64,000 nucleotides of DNA, taken from Macrostomum lignano (lineage: Eukaryota). Position 1 is the stretch's first letter; each line of letters starts with the position of its first letter. This document shows positions 51,962-64,000 of the stretch, piece by piece. A program made the position numbers and the translations under genes. The stretch is from contig NIVC01000604.1 in NCBI GenBank assembly GCA_002269645.1, forward strand, positions 62,001 through 126,000. Direction: 5' to 3'. Below the pieces are notes generated by a model that made no database searches, was not told the DNA's origin, and worked only from the letters and a program-made list of their open reading frames with translations.

Positions 51962-52975
51962 ATGAGATTCTTACTGAGATTTTCACCCTAAAAATCTTGT
52001 TGAGATTCTCACCTCAGGAATCTTGTCAATATTCTTACCTCAAGAATCTTGAGATTCTCACCTCAAGAATCTTACTGAGATTTTCACCCTAAAAATCTTG
52101 TTGAGATTCTCACCTCAGGAATCTTGTCAATATTCTCACCTTAAGAATCTTGAGATTCTCACCTCAAGAATCTTGAGATTCTCACCTCAAGAATCTTACT
52201 GAGATTCTCACCTCAAGAATGTTACTGAGATTCTCACCTCAAGAATCTTACTGAGATTCCCACCTCAAGAATCTTACTGAGATTCCCACCTCAAGAATCT
52301 TACTGAGATTCCCACCTCAAGAATCTTACTGAGATTCTCACCTCAAGAATGTTACTGAGATTCTCACCTCAAGAATCTTACTGAGATTCTCACCTCAAGA
52401 ATGTTACTGAGATTCTCACCTCAAGAATGTTACTGAGATTCCCACCTCAAGAATCTTACTGAGATTCCCACCTCAAGAATCTTACTGAGATTCTCACCTC
52501 AAGAATCATACTGAGATTCTCACCTCAAGAATCTTACTGAGATTCTCACCTCAAGAATGTTACTGAGATTCTCACCTCAAGAATCTTACTGAGATTCCCA
52601 CCTCAAGAATCTTACTGAGATTCCCACCTCAAGAATCTTACTGAGATTCCCACCTCAAGAATCTTACTGAGATTCTCACCTCAAGAATGTTACTGAGATT
52701 CTCACCTCAAGAATGTTACTGAGATTCTCACCTCAAGAATGTTACTGAGATTCTCACCTCAAGAATCTTACTGAGATTCCCACCTCAAGAATCTTACTGA
52801 GATTCCCACCTCAAGAATCTTACTGAGATTCCCACCTCAAGAATCTTACTGAGATTCTCATCTCAAGAATCTTACTGAGATTCTCATCTCAAGAATCTTA
52901 CTGAGAGTCTCACCTCAAGAATCATACTGAGATTCCCACCTTAAGAATCATACTAAGATTCTCACCTAAATAATC
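51962..52975. repeat. 26-bp minisatellite GAGATTCTCACCTCAAGAATCTTACT
   Basis: Read directly; each unit contains an AGATTC/GAATCT inverted pair. Confidence 0.95.
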
Positions 52976-53667
52976 TTATGTTAGTGCAATTTAATAAAAT
53001 TAGCAATAGTCGTTGAGGACTACATTCTCGGAGCAAAATACACAGATTCATAATATCCTGGTTACTAGAAGACTCTAAGCTTCCCTATCCCATCTGCTGA
53101 TTGAGTTCAATTAAGGCAAGACAGATGACGCAAAATAGGCCCCTCAGGAGCCAATAGGAACAGGCGGGGTTCCCAGTCAGGGCTAAAAATAGATCATGGC
53201 AGGTTGATGTGTACTTTATTTATGCATGCTTGGGACAGATTTTTGCTAGAGGCTATTAATAAAGCAGTTATGGTGTGCGCGGGCTGCGGTACTATAGGCC
53301 CAGGTGCTTTAGCCAGAATCCGCAAACGCCCACACAAAGATGGAACTGTGGGTTAATTTGGTCCTAATTCTGTTATTCGTTCGGATGGTCTATTTTTGTT
53401 TTCCGAGATTGGTAAACCAAAATTGGACCATATTGAAAAAATTGGAAAATTGGAAAATATTGACTTTTTGCTGCCGCAGATCTGCTTCCGCCGGCTCTAC
53501 AAGTCCGAGTACTTCAGAGAGCTTAGGCTTAATCGGTTCCTGAATGATGTCAGCTATTCTAAAAAAAAGATGCAAGTAACCTTATCCTGCTCTCATCAAG
53601 GATGCGTTGGTGTCACTGCCCGCTGCACGACTCGACCTACTGTGTGACCTTTGTGTGACCTCTGTGT

Positions 53668-55018
53668 CACCTGCAGCTTTCCTTCACCTGTCCTGCAGCT
53701 TCCCTTCATCTGTCCTGCAGCTTCCCTTCATCTGTCTTGCAGCTTCAATTCAACTCTCCTGCAGCTTACCTTCGTCTCTCCTGCAGCTTCCCTTCATCTG
53801 TCCTGCAGCTTCCCTTCATCTGATCCGCAGCTTCCCTTCATCTGTCCTGCAGCTTCCCTTCATCTGTCCTGCAGCTTCCCTTCATCTGATCCGCAGCTTC
53901 CCTTCATCTCTCCTGCAGCTTCCCTTCATCTCTCCTGCAGCTTTCCTTCACCTCTTCTGCAGCTTCCCTTCATCTCTCCTGCAGCTTCCCTTCATCTCTC
54001 CTGCAGCTTCCCTTCATCTGTCCTGCAGCTTCAATTCATCTCTCCTGCAGCTTCCCTTTGTCTCTCCTGCAGCTTCCCTTCATCTGTCCTGCAGCGTCCC
54101 TTCATCTGTCTTGCAGCTTCCCTTCATCTGATCCGCAGCTTCCCTTCATCTCTCCTGCAGCTTCCCTTCATCTCTCCTGCAGCTTTCCTTCACCTGTCCT
54201 GCAGCTTCCCTTCATCTGTCCTGCAGCTTCCCTTCATCTGTCCTGCAGCTTCCCTTCATCTGATCCGCAGCTTCCTTTCATCTCTCCTGCAGCTTCCCTT
54301 CATCTCTCCTGCAGCTTTCCTTCACCTCTTCTGCAGCTTCCCTTCATCTCTCCTGTAGCTTCCCTTCACCTCTCCTGCAGCTTCCCTTCATCTCTCCTGC
54401 AGCTTCCCTTCATCTGTCCTGCAGCTTCCCATCATCTCTCCTGCAGCTTCCCTTCATCTCTCCTGCAGCCTGCAGCTTTCCTTCACCTGTCCTGCAGCTT
54501 CAATTCAACTCTCCTGCAGCTTCCCTTCATCTGTCCTGCAGCTTCAATTCAACTCTCCTGCAGCTTCCCTTCGTCTCTCCTGCAGCTTCCCTTCATCTGT
54601 CCTGCAGCTTCCCTTCATCTGTCCTGCAGCTTCCCTTCATCTGTCCTGCAGCTTCCCTTCATCTGATCCGCAGCTTCCCTTCATCTCTCCTGCAGCTTTC
54701 CTTCACCTCTTCTGCAGCTTCCCTTCATCTCTCCTGTAGCTTCCCTTCACCTCTCCTGCAGCTTCCCTTCATCTCTCCTGCAGCTTCCCTTCATCTGTCC
54801 TGCAGCTTCCCATCATCTCTCCTGCAGCTTCCCTTCATCTCTCCTGCAGCTTCCCTTCATCTCTCCTGCAGCTTCAATTCATCTGTCCTGCAGCTTCCTT
54901 TCATCTGATCCGCAGCTTCCCTTCACCTTTCCTGCAGCTTCCCTTCATCTCCTGCAGCCACTACCATTCATCTCCTGCAGCCACTACCATTCATCTCCTG
55001 CAGCCCTACCATTCATCT
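53668..55018. repeat. 22-bp minisatellite CCTGCAGCTTCCCTTCATCTST
   Basis: About 60 copies; source of spurious ORFs. Confidence 0.95.
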
Positions 55019-55549
55019 CAATCCTGCAATTTTCAGCCAGGTCGCTTCTTAAGCTCACCTTATCAATTTTAATTGTTTCAGTGAATATTAATAATTTTAA
55101 AGCTCAATTTTCCCAGGAAAATTTGTCTCTCGTTATTCCCTGCCAATATTTCTCTCTAAAAGCTGTTCTGCTTGTTACACCTGCCCAACGTCCTTATAGG
55201 CTTAACGGGACACTCCATCCGCCCAAAACATCCTACTGCTCAAAATTTCCTTGTCCCGTATTCCCATAAATGAATTTCACGTGACCATATCGAGTGTGCC
55301 TGTCTTTGACTTCCTCTAATTTACCCTTAGCCAGTTGCTGAACTTATCTAAATCCTCGCTATAGCCATCCAATTTGATAATGGCAAAGAGAAAACAAAAT
55401 ATTTCCTTGATTTGTTTAATTAATTGCCGATTGGGTCTTGGGTGACCTCGAGATGAGCCCAATTCTAAGCGAGACTACTCATAGTAGAGTAGAAGCATTT
55501 GCAAATTAATAATCACGGCCGGGCAACTGAAGTTAAGAATGATGCTAAG

Positions 55550-55620
55550 GGGGCCGTGGCCTAGTGGTCTGGCGCGGTGCTCTGATGTGCCAGCGGCCTG
55601 GGCTCGATTCTAAGTTCAGA
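55550..55620 (+). pseudogene. tRNA-like sequence (SINE head or tRNA pseudogene)
   Basis: GGGGCCGTGGCCTAGTGG A-box-like start and GGCTCGATTC B-box-like motif; no intact acceptor stem. Confidence 0.4.
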
Positions 55621-55951
55621 CATGTTAATTTGGGGCTAAGTTGGAATATCGATTTATGTTCGATTAGCTCTAAAAATGTTTTCTCAGATGCTTGTCCTCG
55701 TTTTATCCATGTAATAGAAAATAATAATAATATTAATAATATTAATAATAAAGAAATATTAATAATAATGATATTAATGATAATAATAATAATATTAATA
55801 ATAATAATAACAATAATAATAATAAATAAGAATAATATAATGATAATCCATAGAAATAAAGACTTTCCGTGACAATATTTGCGTTCTCCGGGATTTTATT
55901 TGGTAATATTCAATAATATCCCGTAAAGTCTTAATGTCTATGGTTTATACG

Positions 55952-56053
55952 AGATTACACATGCCTTTTTTCGGGAGTTATTTTCATAAATCCCTCGGGC
56001 CTCAGGCCCTCGTGATTTATACAAATAACTCCCTCAAAAGGCATGTTTAATCT
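55952..56053. repeat. About 100-bp imperfect palindrome (hairpin MITE-like) centred on GGGCCT-C-AGGCCC
   Basis: Paired arms: CATGCCTTT/AAAGGCATG, GGGAGTTATTT/AAATAACTCCC, ATAAATC/GATTTAT. Confidence 0.8.
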
Positions 56054-56062
56054 GATACATAA

Positions 56063-56902
56063 TACACCTTTTCACGTTCAACTTTGATCAAAGACCAATT
56101 CTAAAAAAACTAGCGGAAATTCAATTCAGACAATTCAGACTGGGGCAACGCTTACGGAAAATCAATAAAAACAAACCCCAGTCAAGGAATTCTAAATCTA
56201 GCAACTGGAATGACAACTGAAATAGCGGTGAGGACTTTTTTATACAAGATGAGGCTCACTGCGATTGCCACAGACATAGGATTCGTTTGCCGCATCAACT
56301 TAGATTGCCACTAAGAAGAATCAGCTTCGTTCGCCTTATTTTGTCTTAGCTTGTAAGCACTAATTTGGCAGAGTGACTTTCCTGAAGCCAAGTCTCTGCG
56401 TCCTCTGCGGAAGTTTTGCGTCCTTTGCTGGCTTTGCATGCCAAATAAATGCGCCGTTTTTGGCTGCAAGTCCGGCAGCGAGTCGGCAACGGCACGGTCA
56501 GCGAGGATTTCATTCCACAAGTTTCCGAATCGAGGCGACCTGTTGGGAAAAATGGTTAAAGAGCATTTCCCGAGAAGCAACTTTCAAGCCATCGAAGCAC
56601 ACTCGAATTTGCTCTCTTCACTTCACGGAATCAGATTTTATTACTGAGAATCAGGACAGCAATGCATATCGGAAAAGGAAACAACACGAAGAAGGTGCCA
56701 ATCTTGTAAAAAGAATATTAAGAGAAGATGCAGTTGTCATTCCAGTTGCTACATTTAGAATTCCTTGTCCCAGTTCAAAACATTCTGCCACCGAATCAAG
56801 GTTTAGCCATAGACAAAATTGTCCCCAGTCTAAATTGACTGAATTAATTTCCGCTAGTTTTTTTTAAAACTGGACTTTGATCAAAATTGAATGTGAAAAG
56901 GT

Positions 56903-56905
<3 letters not shown>
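56063..56905 (+). mobile_element. Non-autonomous DNA transposon with bipartite TIRs carrying a frameshifted THAP domain (56438 to about 56735)
   Basis: Outer TIR of about 83 bp (56063-56145 vs 56823-56905) and inner 37-bp TIR (56183-56219 vs 56731-56767). THAP motifs MPNKCAVFGC...FHKFP / KWL...RICSLHF...EDAV lie across a 1-nt frameshift. Confidence 0.85.
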
Positions 56906-56959
<54 letters not shown>

Positions 56960-57223
56960 TATTAATATTAATATTAATTGATCCAAGACAGCTCAGCTGC
57001 AGCTATTGCATGGCGCATCTGAAGGCTGCGTACGGCTGTTCAGTCCAAGGACTGGAGGGTCGCCACACACCCTCAATTACCCCAGCTAATGCTGGCACCC
57101 ATTTGACAGCTGGGTGAACTGAAGCAATGCAGAGAGTTACACGTAAGTGTCATGCTTGAGAACACAATTTTTTCCGAGTGAGTCGAGAATCGAACCCCCG
57201 ACCTTTCAGTCGCGAGTCAAGAC
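56905..57223 (-). mobile_element. tRNA-derived CORE-type SINE, copy 2, with (ATT)n tail
   Basis: Reverse-complement match to 1812-2119 over about 230 bp; (AAT)n at 56905-56958. Confidence 0.8.
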
Positions 57224-57699
57224 CACAGAGAACTACAATTTAAAGCTTAGTTTATGGTATAAACCAGCTGTTCTCGAATTAATACTCAGCATGTACGAAA
57301 ATGGCATCTACGAGCTATTTTTAAAACTCCATGACGCAAGCGCTTATCAATAAGAACTATTTTTTGTCAAATATAAACAAGCTCTGTGCAGCGTCAAGGT
57401 TGCAATATTTTCTCTGCTAAAAATAGTCATTACATTTACAGCGAGCAAAACACTGAAGAGGCAGCTACGTAAGCGTGAAAATTGATGACAAAAAAAAACA
57501 AAAAAAATTGCTCCCGAGCAAAAGCCATGCGAAACTGCCAGTAGGAAAATGCTTTTTTAACTAAAGCGAAAATAGCAACACTCGATGCAGCATACATATT
57601 TTCTTCCATTAAAGCAGATTAAAAATAGCAGATCCATCATTGATCGCGCATCGGATGCAATAGCAGCATGTAGTGGATGGTCGCGATTTTAATTTATAT

Positions 57700-57856
57700 C
57701 AATACATTAATCGGTCACTGATTTTGCATTGATAAATTAATCGGTCACTGATTTCGGATCAATAGATCTATCGGTCACTGATTTTGCATTAAAAGATCAA
57801 TCGGTCACTGATTCTAGATCAATACATCAATCGGTCACTGATTTCGGATCAATACC
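57700..57856. repeat. Five 30-bp units with an invariant quasi-palindromic ATCGGTCACTGATT core
   Basis: Cores at 57710, 57740, 57770, 57800, 57830. Confidence 0.88.
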
Positions 57857-59188
57857 TCGTGAGAAGTGATATCGTGACTTGGCAATATTGAACCATACAC
57901 AGAATAACTAATGCGGGCTCATAAATACTTTGATTAAAAAATATACTGTTAAGCAGTTAACTTTTGTCGGAATATCAAAAACAATCGAAGTATACTACTT
58001 AGAGAATGCATGGGAGCTCATGCAGTGGTAAACGCATCTGACAACCGTGAGCAGCCACGGTAAATTTGTGACTTGCGCACGACAAATTAGCCTGCTGGGA
58101 GTTTATTGTAGAAAACGCAAGCCTCTCCTGCGAAGCGCTACGCAATGGTACATATTGCAACTACTCTCGTAGAATTTGAAAAATTATCGTAAATCGTTTG
58201 AAAATTTTAATTAACGCTTCGTAGGAATATAGCAAGTAATTAAAGATCAAAAGATCAAAAGATCCTGTACATTATTACATTGAAGTCAACGTCAATAACT
58301 AAGAAGGATCGTAGGTGTACGAAAATTAAAAAAAGAGGGGGCCAAATTACTGACAGGCTACTGATCAATTTTACTTGAGTCAATCAGGCTAAATTACATG
58401 CTAAGAAGTGCGCGTCGCTGTCGTTCATTGGAAGAGCTGAAGCTTAGTGCAAATCTAGCTGGTCGTGGTCCGCTCGATCTCGATGGACTCTACTACCCAT
58501 AGCCGTGTTCAGTCGTGTCTGACCAAGGTTGATCAAAACAAAACAGACGGCTTTTGCGTATAGGAGAATCTAAAAATAAGTTTTGACTAAGAAGTGGAGG
58601 GATTACTTTTTAAAGTGGGGCCATTGCCCTATTGACCCGCGTTCCTATGCTTGAAAGAGTGATCAGGGCAGGCCTGAGCCTTCGCACCAAAATATTTTCC
58701 TCAAAATGACTTAGAATTTTTTATTATCGTGAAAACAAAAGGAATATATTCCACTTTTACCAGCTAAAGAATCGGGATTTTTAGATTCTGATTGTCTAAA
58801 AAATAAAATTTAATACTTGCAGTCTTAAATAGGCGTCAAAGGAACAACAATTTGTTTAGATAGACAATAACAAGAAACAAATAGTTTCAAAAAGTCAGAA
58901 ATTTTTTTGATGTTTGTAAGTTCAGTGGTGGTTCGTTGATTAGTTAAACACAATCAATAATTTTTTTGGGTTCATTTGCCTTAGGTTAATTTGATTACCT
59001 GGTTGTAGGGTTTTAGAGTTATTCAGTTTCCATATCTTCTGTCAGTACCACAGAATTTGCTGCAGTCCGAATTTGAAACATGGTAAGAATACTAAGAACT
59101 AGATTATGCTGTCTCTACTGAACAATTCTTTGTATGACGATACATATGACGATACTTTATATTTGATTTAACTTATAACTCTCCAGTA

Positions 59189-59441
59189 GGCGCATGACTA
59201 AGACCACCACACACCAAGACTGCCACAGCTATTATTGGCTACTGGTATTGAGAGAGAGCTACCAATCTTCTAGCATCCTCTCATAGGTTCCTCTCGTCTC
59301 TCGCAGGCTTGTACTGCTGGCTCTCTTACCCACTCATCTCCTCTCTAGCACCATCCAATAACACATTCAGCGAAATTTTTCCTCCAGCTCCTGCTCCTTA
59401 AGTGTGGCAGTCTTGGTGTGTGGCAGTCTTAATCCTACACC
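59189..59441. mobile_element. About 250-bp MITE with decayed TIRs
   Basis: TAAGACCACCACACACCAAGACTGCCACA at 59199 vs the reverse complement of TGTGGCAGTCTTGGTGTGTGGCAGTCTTA ending at 59431 (27/29). Weaker similarity extends about 10 bp outward. Confidence 0.75.
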
Positions 59442-60474
59442 CTCAGTACAGTTGTACCAAGGAACAAATTCCACTATTTATGTCTATCAAGTGCATATTG
59501 ACAAGGATTGTTAGCTCAAAAAAGGTTTGGAAATAGTTATTGGTTTCAGCTTTAATTATATACTTTTCATATTCTTAATGTGAACTTTAGAGATTATAAA
59601 CTAATATTTTAAATAAAGAGACTATATTTATTAAAGTAAAAACTCAAAAGTGAACTTCTCATTAAGCCCTAATTCTAACCCAAGAGCTTTAGACAGTTTT
59701 ATTTACCAAAATTTTTTTACCATTAACATGACATTCTAAATCATATAGTATACACCCAAAAATTTGGGCATGCATTGGCCATACATGCCAAGGCAAAAGT
59801 AGGCATACATAGTTGGCATGCATCACTCCTAAAAAAAATTGTGCATGCATACCTAGCTTGCACTTTATAGAATCACATTGAAAAGTTATTGTAAAGTAGA
59901 AAAAGATAAAAAAAGTTCATTTCTAAGCATAAATTTTAAGCTTTCTAGGTTTTTTAAGCTTGTAACAAAGCATTTAAACAAATCTTTGCATGTATCAATT
60001 TTTTACTATAAATAGTATAGCCAGAAAAACAGAAAAGTTAACACCTGCCAAAAGGGTTTATTACAAATTCAAAAAAGGTCATTTTTTGTCATAATACTGG
60101 CATAGTTTTGAGAATGGGCATGTACTCAATTTTTTGGTATGCATTCAGCATTTGTAACTATTATATTTTTGTTTGGGTGTGCACCTAGCATGATCTGGAC
60201 TATGGCATTAACAATTTATAAAATAGGTCTACTATGCACAAGTTATTTAAATAAAATATATAATAAATAAACTAGACATAGAAAGAAGGTAAAGATCACC
60301 TATTTACTAGCCTTAGAAGTATTGATACCTACAAATATTAGTCTAATTAAGAATTTGCTATATATCATCCTATAAATTATTTTAATTTATTTGATAAATA
60401 ATAAATAAGATAAATTAGTGTTTTTAAATGAATTCAGATAGACCTACTACTATAGTTGGGTTATACCTAATTTG

Positions 60475-61579
60475 TAGTGTTCCGCCGTAATTACGGCTAC
60501 AGCTACGGCAAATTACGGCTATGACACTTTTGAAGCCGTATTTTCATTACGGATTACGGTTATGGACATATTTTGAGCTTACGGTTACGGTTACGGATTA
60601 CGGAGATTTTTCTAGACTTGCCATAATTGGTAGCCGTAACAAAAATTATTTTTTTTTAACTGTTTAGTGTTATAAAAGAATTTTTTTATATCAACTTCAA
60701 CCAGTTTTCATTTTGTTTTACTAGTTATTATTATTTTTTACATTTGTTAAGTTTCTAAATATCTACAAAACTTTTTGAAAATGAAAAACGAATTTTTTCA
60801 CGAATTTTCTCATTGGGCACACGGCATAGCATAGCATAGCGATAGCATGATAGCAGCGAGACAGAGAGAGCCAGTCAAAGCCTACAAGAGACTAAGAATC
60901 TGGCATTCTTATTTCTTAGCCAAATGTAGCATTTAGCTCCTTAGCATAAAAATAGGATATTAGATTTAGATTATGAGGATAAGGATGAAAGAATATTAAT
61001 AAGGAAATACTAAATAAATACTAATCGGATAAGAATATGAATTATGATTGAAAATTGATTGAAACCAAAGAAGACAATGCAATAGACAATGCAATAAAAT
61101 GAAAAAGAAAAAATGTAACATGCAATTTCTTAGTCATCGTAAATTTTGAAGCAGTTTTATTTGAACAAATTCATATTCATTTAATGATATTAAACATACA
61201 CATTGACCTTGGCACGTCAGTCATATATTCATATTGTAGCGAAACAAAACAGAATCACGACACAGAAAACTGAAAAAGGCACCAAGCACACAATTGCATA
61301 CAACAATGCTAAAGAATACTTAGATAAAGATATTATATTTACGAAAAAATAAATGAATGTTAATGCATGAACGAACAACAAGTAGGTTTTATTGCTATCC
61401 TTTTATCCTTTTTATCTGTCCTTTTCTGTCTGCCCTACTTTTCATGCAAAAAAACGGCAAATTACGGTTACGGACTTTTTTAGCCCGTAATGACGGCAAA
61501 ATTTGGCTACGGAAGTTGCTTCTTTCTTACGGCTACGGTTACGGTTACGGAGGTCAAAACTCGTGGCGGCGGAACACTA
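60475..61579. mobile_element. Non-autonomous hAT-type DNA transposon, 1105 bp
   Basis: Perfect 13-bp TIR TAGTGTTCCGCCG/CGGCGGAACACTA, perfect 8-bp TSD CTAATTTG (60467-60474, 61580-61587), and many subterminal TTACGG/CTACGG motifs at both ends. Confidence 0.92.
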
Positions 61580-64000
61580 CTAATTTGTCAATATCTAATA
61601 TAATATATTAGTAGACCTAAAATGCAAGCAGTTGATGAAAAATCATATTTTATGACAATTAAAACAAGTTCAAGGAATTTGTTAACTAGGCAAACTTAGG
61701 CCTATATAAAATTATTCTTTAATACAATATTATAAATTTCTTTAAGTTAATAAGCAATATATTATACAATGGCTTGTATACTATATATGCTTTTTTAGAC
61801 TTTAATTGTACCCCATTGCATGTATTATACTATCCTATTGCCAGCACTAATTTATATAATTTATGGCTATATTTCTGGCTATACATGCTCTTAAAGCTGC
61901 TTTGTAAAAAGGCTCTATTTGCAAATGTTTAAGCCCAGCTTATTTTATAAAAAAGATAGCTAAGTTAAGTAGCTCATTTTAATTTAAAAATAAGTTAATT
62001 CTTGTTTATCTCTGTAATTAATAACAAGTTATAAGGTTTTGTTAGATTATGAGTTTAGATTTTTAAATGCTCTAAAAATAGTTCTGCAGATTAGAATTCA
62101 GTGGTTTTTAAATCTGTAGGTGTTAATTGCTTAAAAAATAATTACCAAATATAAACAATTCATGTTCAATATCACTACGCACCTTCTTAATTTTTTGTCT
62201 TTTAATTTTTTGATGTATTCAAATATTAGTCAATAGTATACTCGTATAGTCAGATAACTCAGTTCATCAAAAATGTATAGTAAGATAAATTGAGTTTGTC
62301 AATAGAGTTACTAAATTAGATATTAATAAATTCAGTGGCACCCTAATTTAAGCCATATAGGGAGATATTTGGTCTATTAGAATAATTGTCATAATAAATC
62401 ATGCCAAAGCTATTTGTTCTCTTTTAGAATATCCCACTGAATGATAGGCGTGACTTAATTTTATATCTGCCACTACCACCAAGTTGTCAAAGTGGAGATC
62501 TTTTTTCTATCCTATAGCTGCCACAGATATTGTCCCAGGATTTTTTAAATTCTACTAATTATGCCACAAAGTTATCTTAGGGTCTTGCTTCATCCTTTTG
62601 TTGCTATCAAAAGCTGTTATAGGGCTCTTGGTTGTGATTAAATGCTATAAAGTTGTACTAATTTATTTACTGGTTAAACCTGAATTCTTTGGATTAACTT
62701 CTGAATATAAATATTAAAATAAATTTGAATATTTCTCTAATTATAGGCTAAAGTCTAAAAATAAGTCTAGGTATATCTGAGTATTTCTTATTTTTTACTA
62801 GTGGCATTTTTACCATCTACTGGTAGCACTCATATATGAATAGCATTCTTATTCATCCTATATTGGTAGCATTCTTATTATTTACCAAGTGCTCTATTAC
62901 TAGCCTAGATTTTCTTGCATATGTTTTTAGAATAACTCTAATTATTTTAATTAGTTATCAAGTTATCTAACTCTCCAGTCTTTTAGTGTTACTAAATAAA
63001 AGGGTCCCAGCCATTCTTCTATATACTAAAAATGAGTTGTCTCTATCTGTCTATCTATCTGTCTATGATATAATTTAAAAAATGGCTCAACCAAATTTCT
63101 TCCGACTTGCACCATTTGACCAGAAATTTTCCCTATAGTACATGTCTCTTGGCAAAAAAATTCCTAATGTTAAAGGATTTAAATATTCAAAAAACATGCT
63201 TTTTGCAAAGGTCAAGCAGACTTTTAGACTTGAAAATGTCTAGCATTGTAAGAATGCTAGAGAAAATACTAACTGGCTGAATTCTGATTCTGATAAACTT
63301 TGTCTATTCTGCGGTATCACCTCTCACCTCTGTCCAAGGCTTCAATGACCAGAGAGACTGCGCATCTCATTGCAGGTCTTTGTCCATGTTCTTTGTTTCG
63401 GGCTGTCACCCTGCTTGTCTGGGGCCGTTTCATAGTAATATTTCGACAGAGATAAAACACAACATTGATGAACATAAGAGTAAAATGTAAAAAAAAGAAC
63501 AAGTCAGTGTCAGTTGGTCAACTTGAGCCACCTAACTATCAGTTGCCTGTCCATTAAGGCAGCAAGGGATGTATGTAAACATGGTGAACATGGTCTTGAC
63601 TCCATATTGGTGCGCCAGTTCCACAAAGTCATCCCCAGGATCAGCAGCCATCTACACAAATCACTGTCGAAATAGAATGTAACTTTGTTTCTTTTGAATT
63701 TCCGCAGGCGCTTGAGATTTATTTAAGTTTTTGAATTGAAGTTCTTGTTTCTTTTGAAAAAAACTTTTTTTTAAATAGGAGGTAAAATGGTGTAGTGTCG
63801 CTCGCTATCTTCATGTTCCAAGGCTCATATTGTTGCCGATTTGTAGATTAGAGTGCGATGGTGAGATCCATAGATCTTATATTCCCTAGATAGGCCACTT
63901 TGTATGGCATTAATAGGAAAAGTGCGACTGTTGTTTTTTTCATCACTTGTGCGAAAAAGCCGACATGGGTTGCTTATAAATTTGAGTTCGGTAGCTTAGG

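Noticed and set aside
62290-62635. Protein-like minus-strand frame containing DLHFDN (kinase-like loop)
   Set aside because: About 5 stops in 115 codons is near the random expectation for AT-rich DNA, and no DFG or other motifs follow.

Overview
This is eukaryotic (animal) genomic DNA with no prokaryotic systems. GC-rich coding exons, GT-AG introns packed with mini/microsatellites and orphan rhodopsin-type GPCRs suggest a free-living flatworm such as Macrostomum; the taxon is inferred, not shown. Five host genes are supported. Two intronless paralogous class A GPCRs are arranged convergently (113-1216 +, 9168-10436 -). A six-exon MFSD1-like lysosomal transporter (24037-28699 -) and a two-exon RFC5 clamp-loader subunit (31078-32763 -) follow. 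A three-exon EGR/Zif268-type zinc-finger gene (47283-50731 +) has its zinc-finger exon missing from the ORF track. Mobile DNA includes a defective tyrosine-recombinase retrotransposon (Ngaro/DIRS-like), a Penelope-like GIY-YIG fragment inside (GATA)n with a hammerhead-like motif, and a Gypsy integrase-tail/PPT/3'LTR remnant. There are also two tRNA-derived CORE-type SINEs, a THAP-bearing TIR element, a hAT-type MITE with an 8-bp TSD and smaller MITEs. By hand estimate about 30% of the window is tandem repeat, and most long ORFs in the track are artefacts of these repeats. The most interesting leads are the EGR immediate-early regulatory architecture (CArG and MEF2 promoter sites plus nine intronic ETS sites), sharply bounded CpG-depleted blocks, a possible trans-spliced RFC5-MFSD1 operon, and a possible splice fusing the retroelement Gag to its recombinase. 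All coordinates and counts were made by hand.
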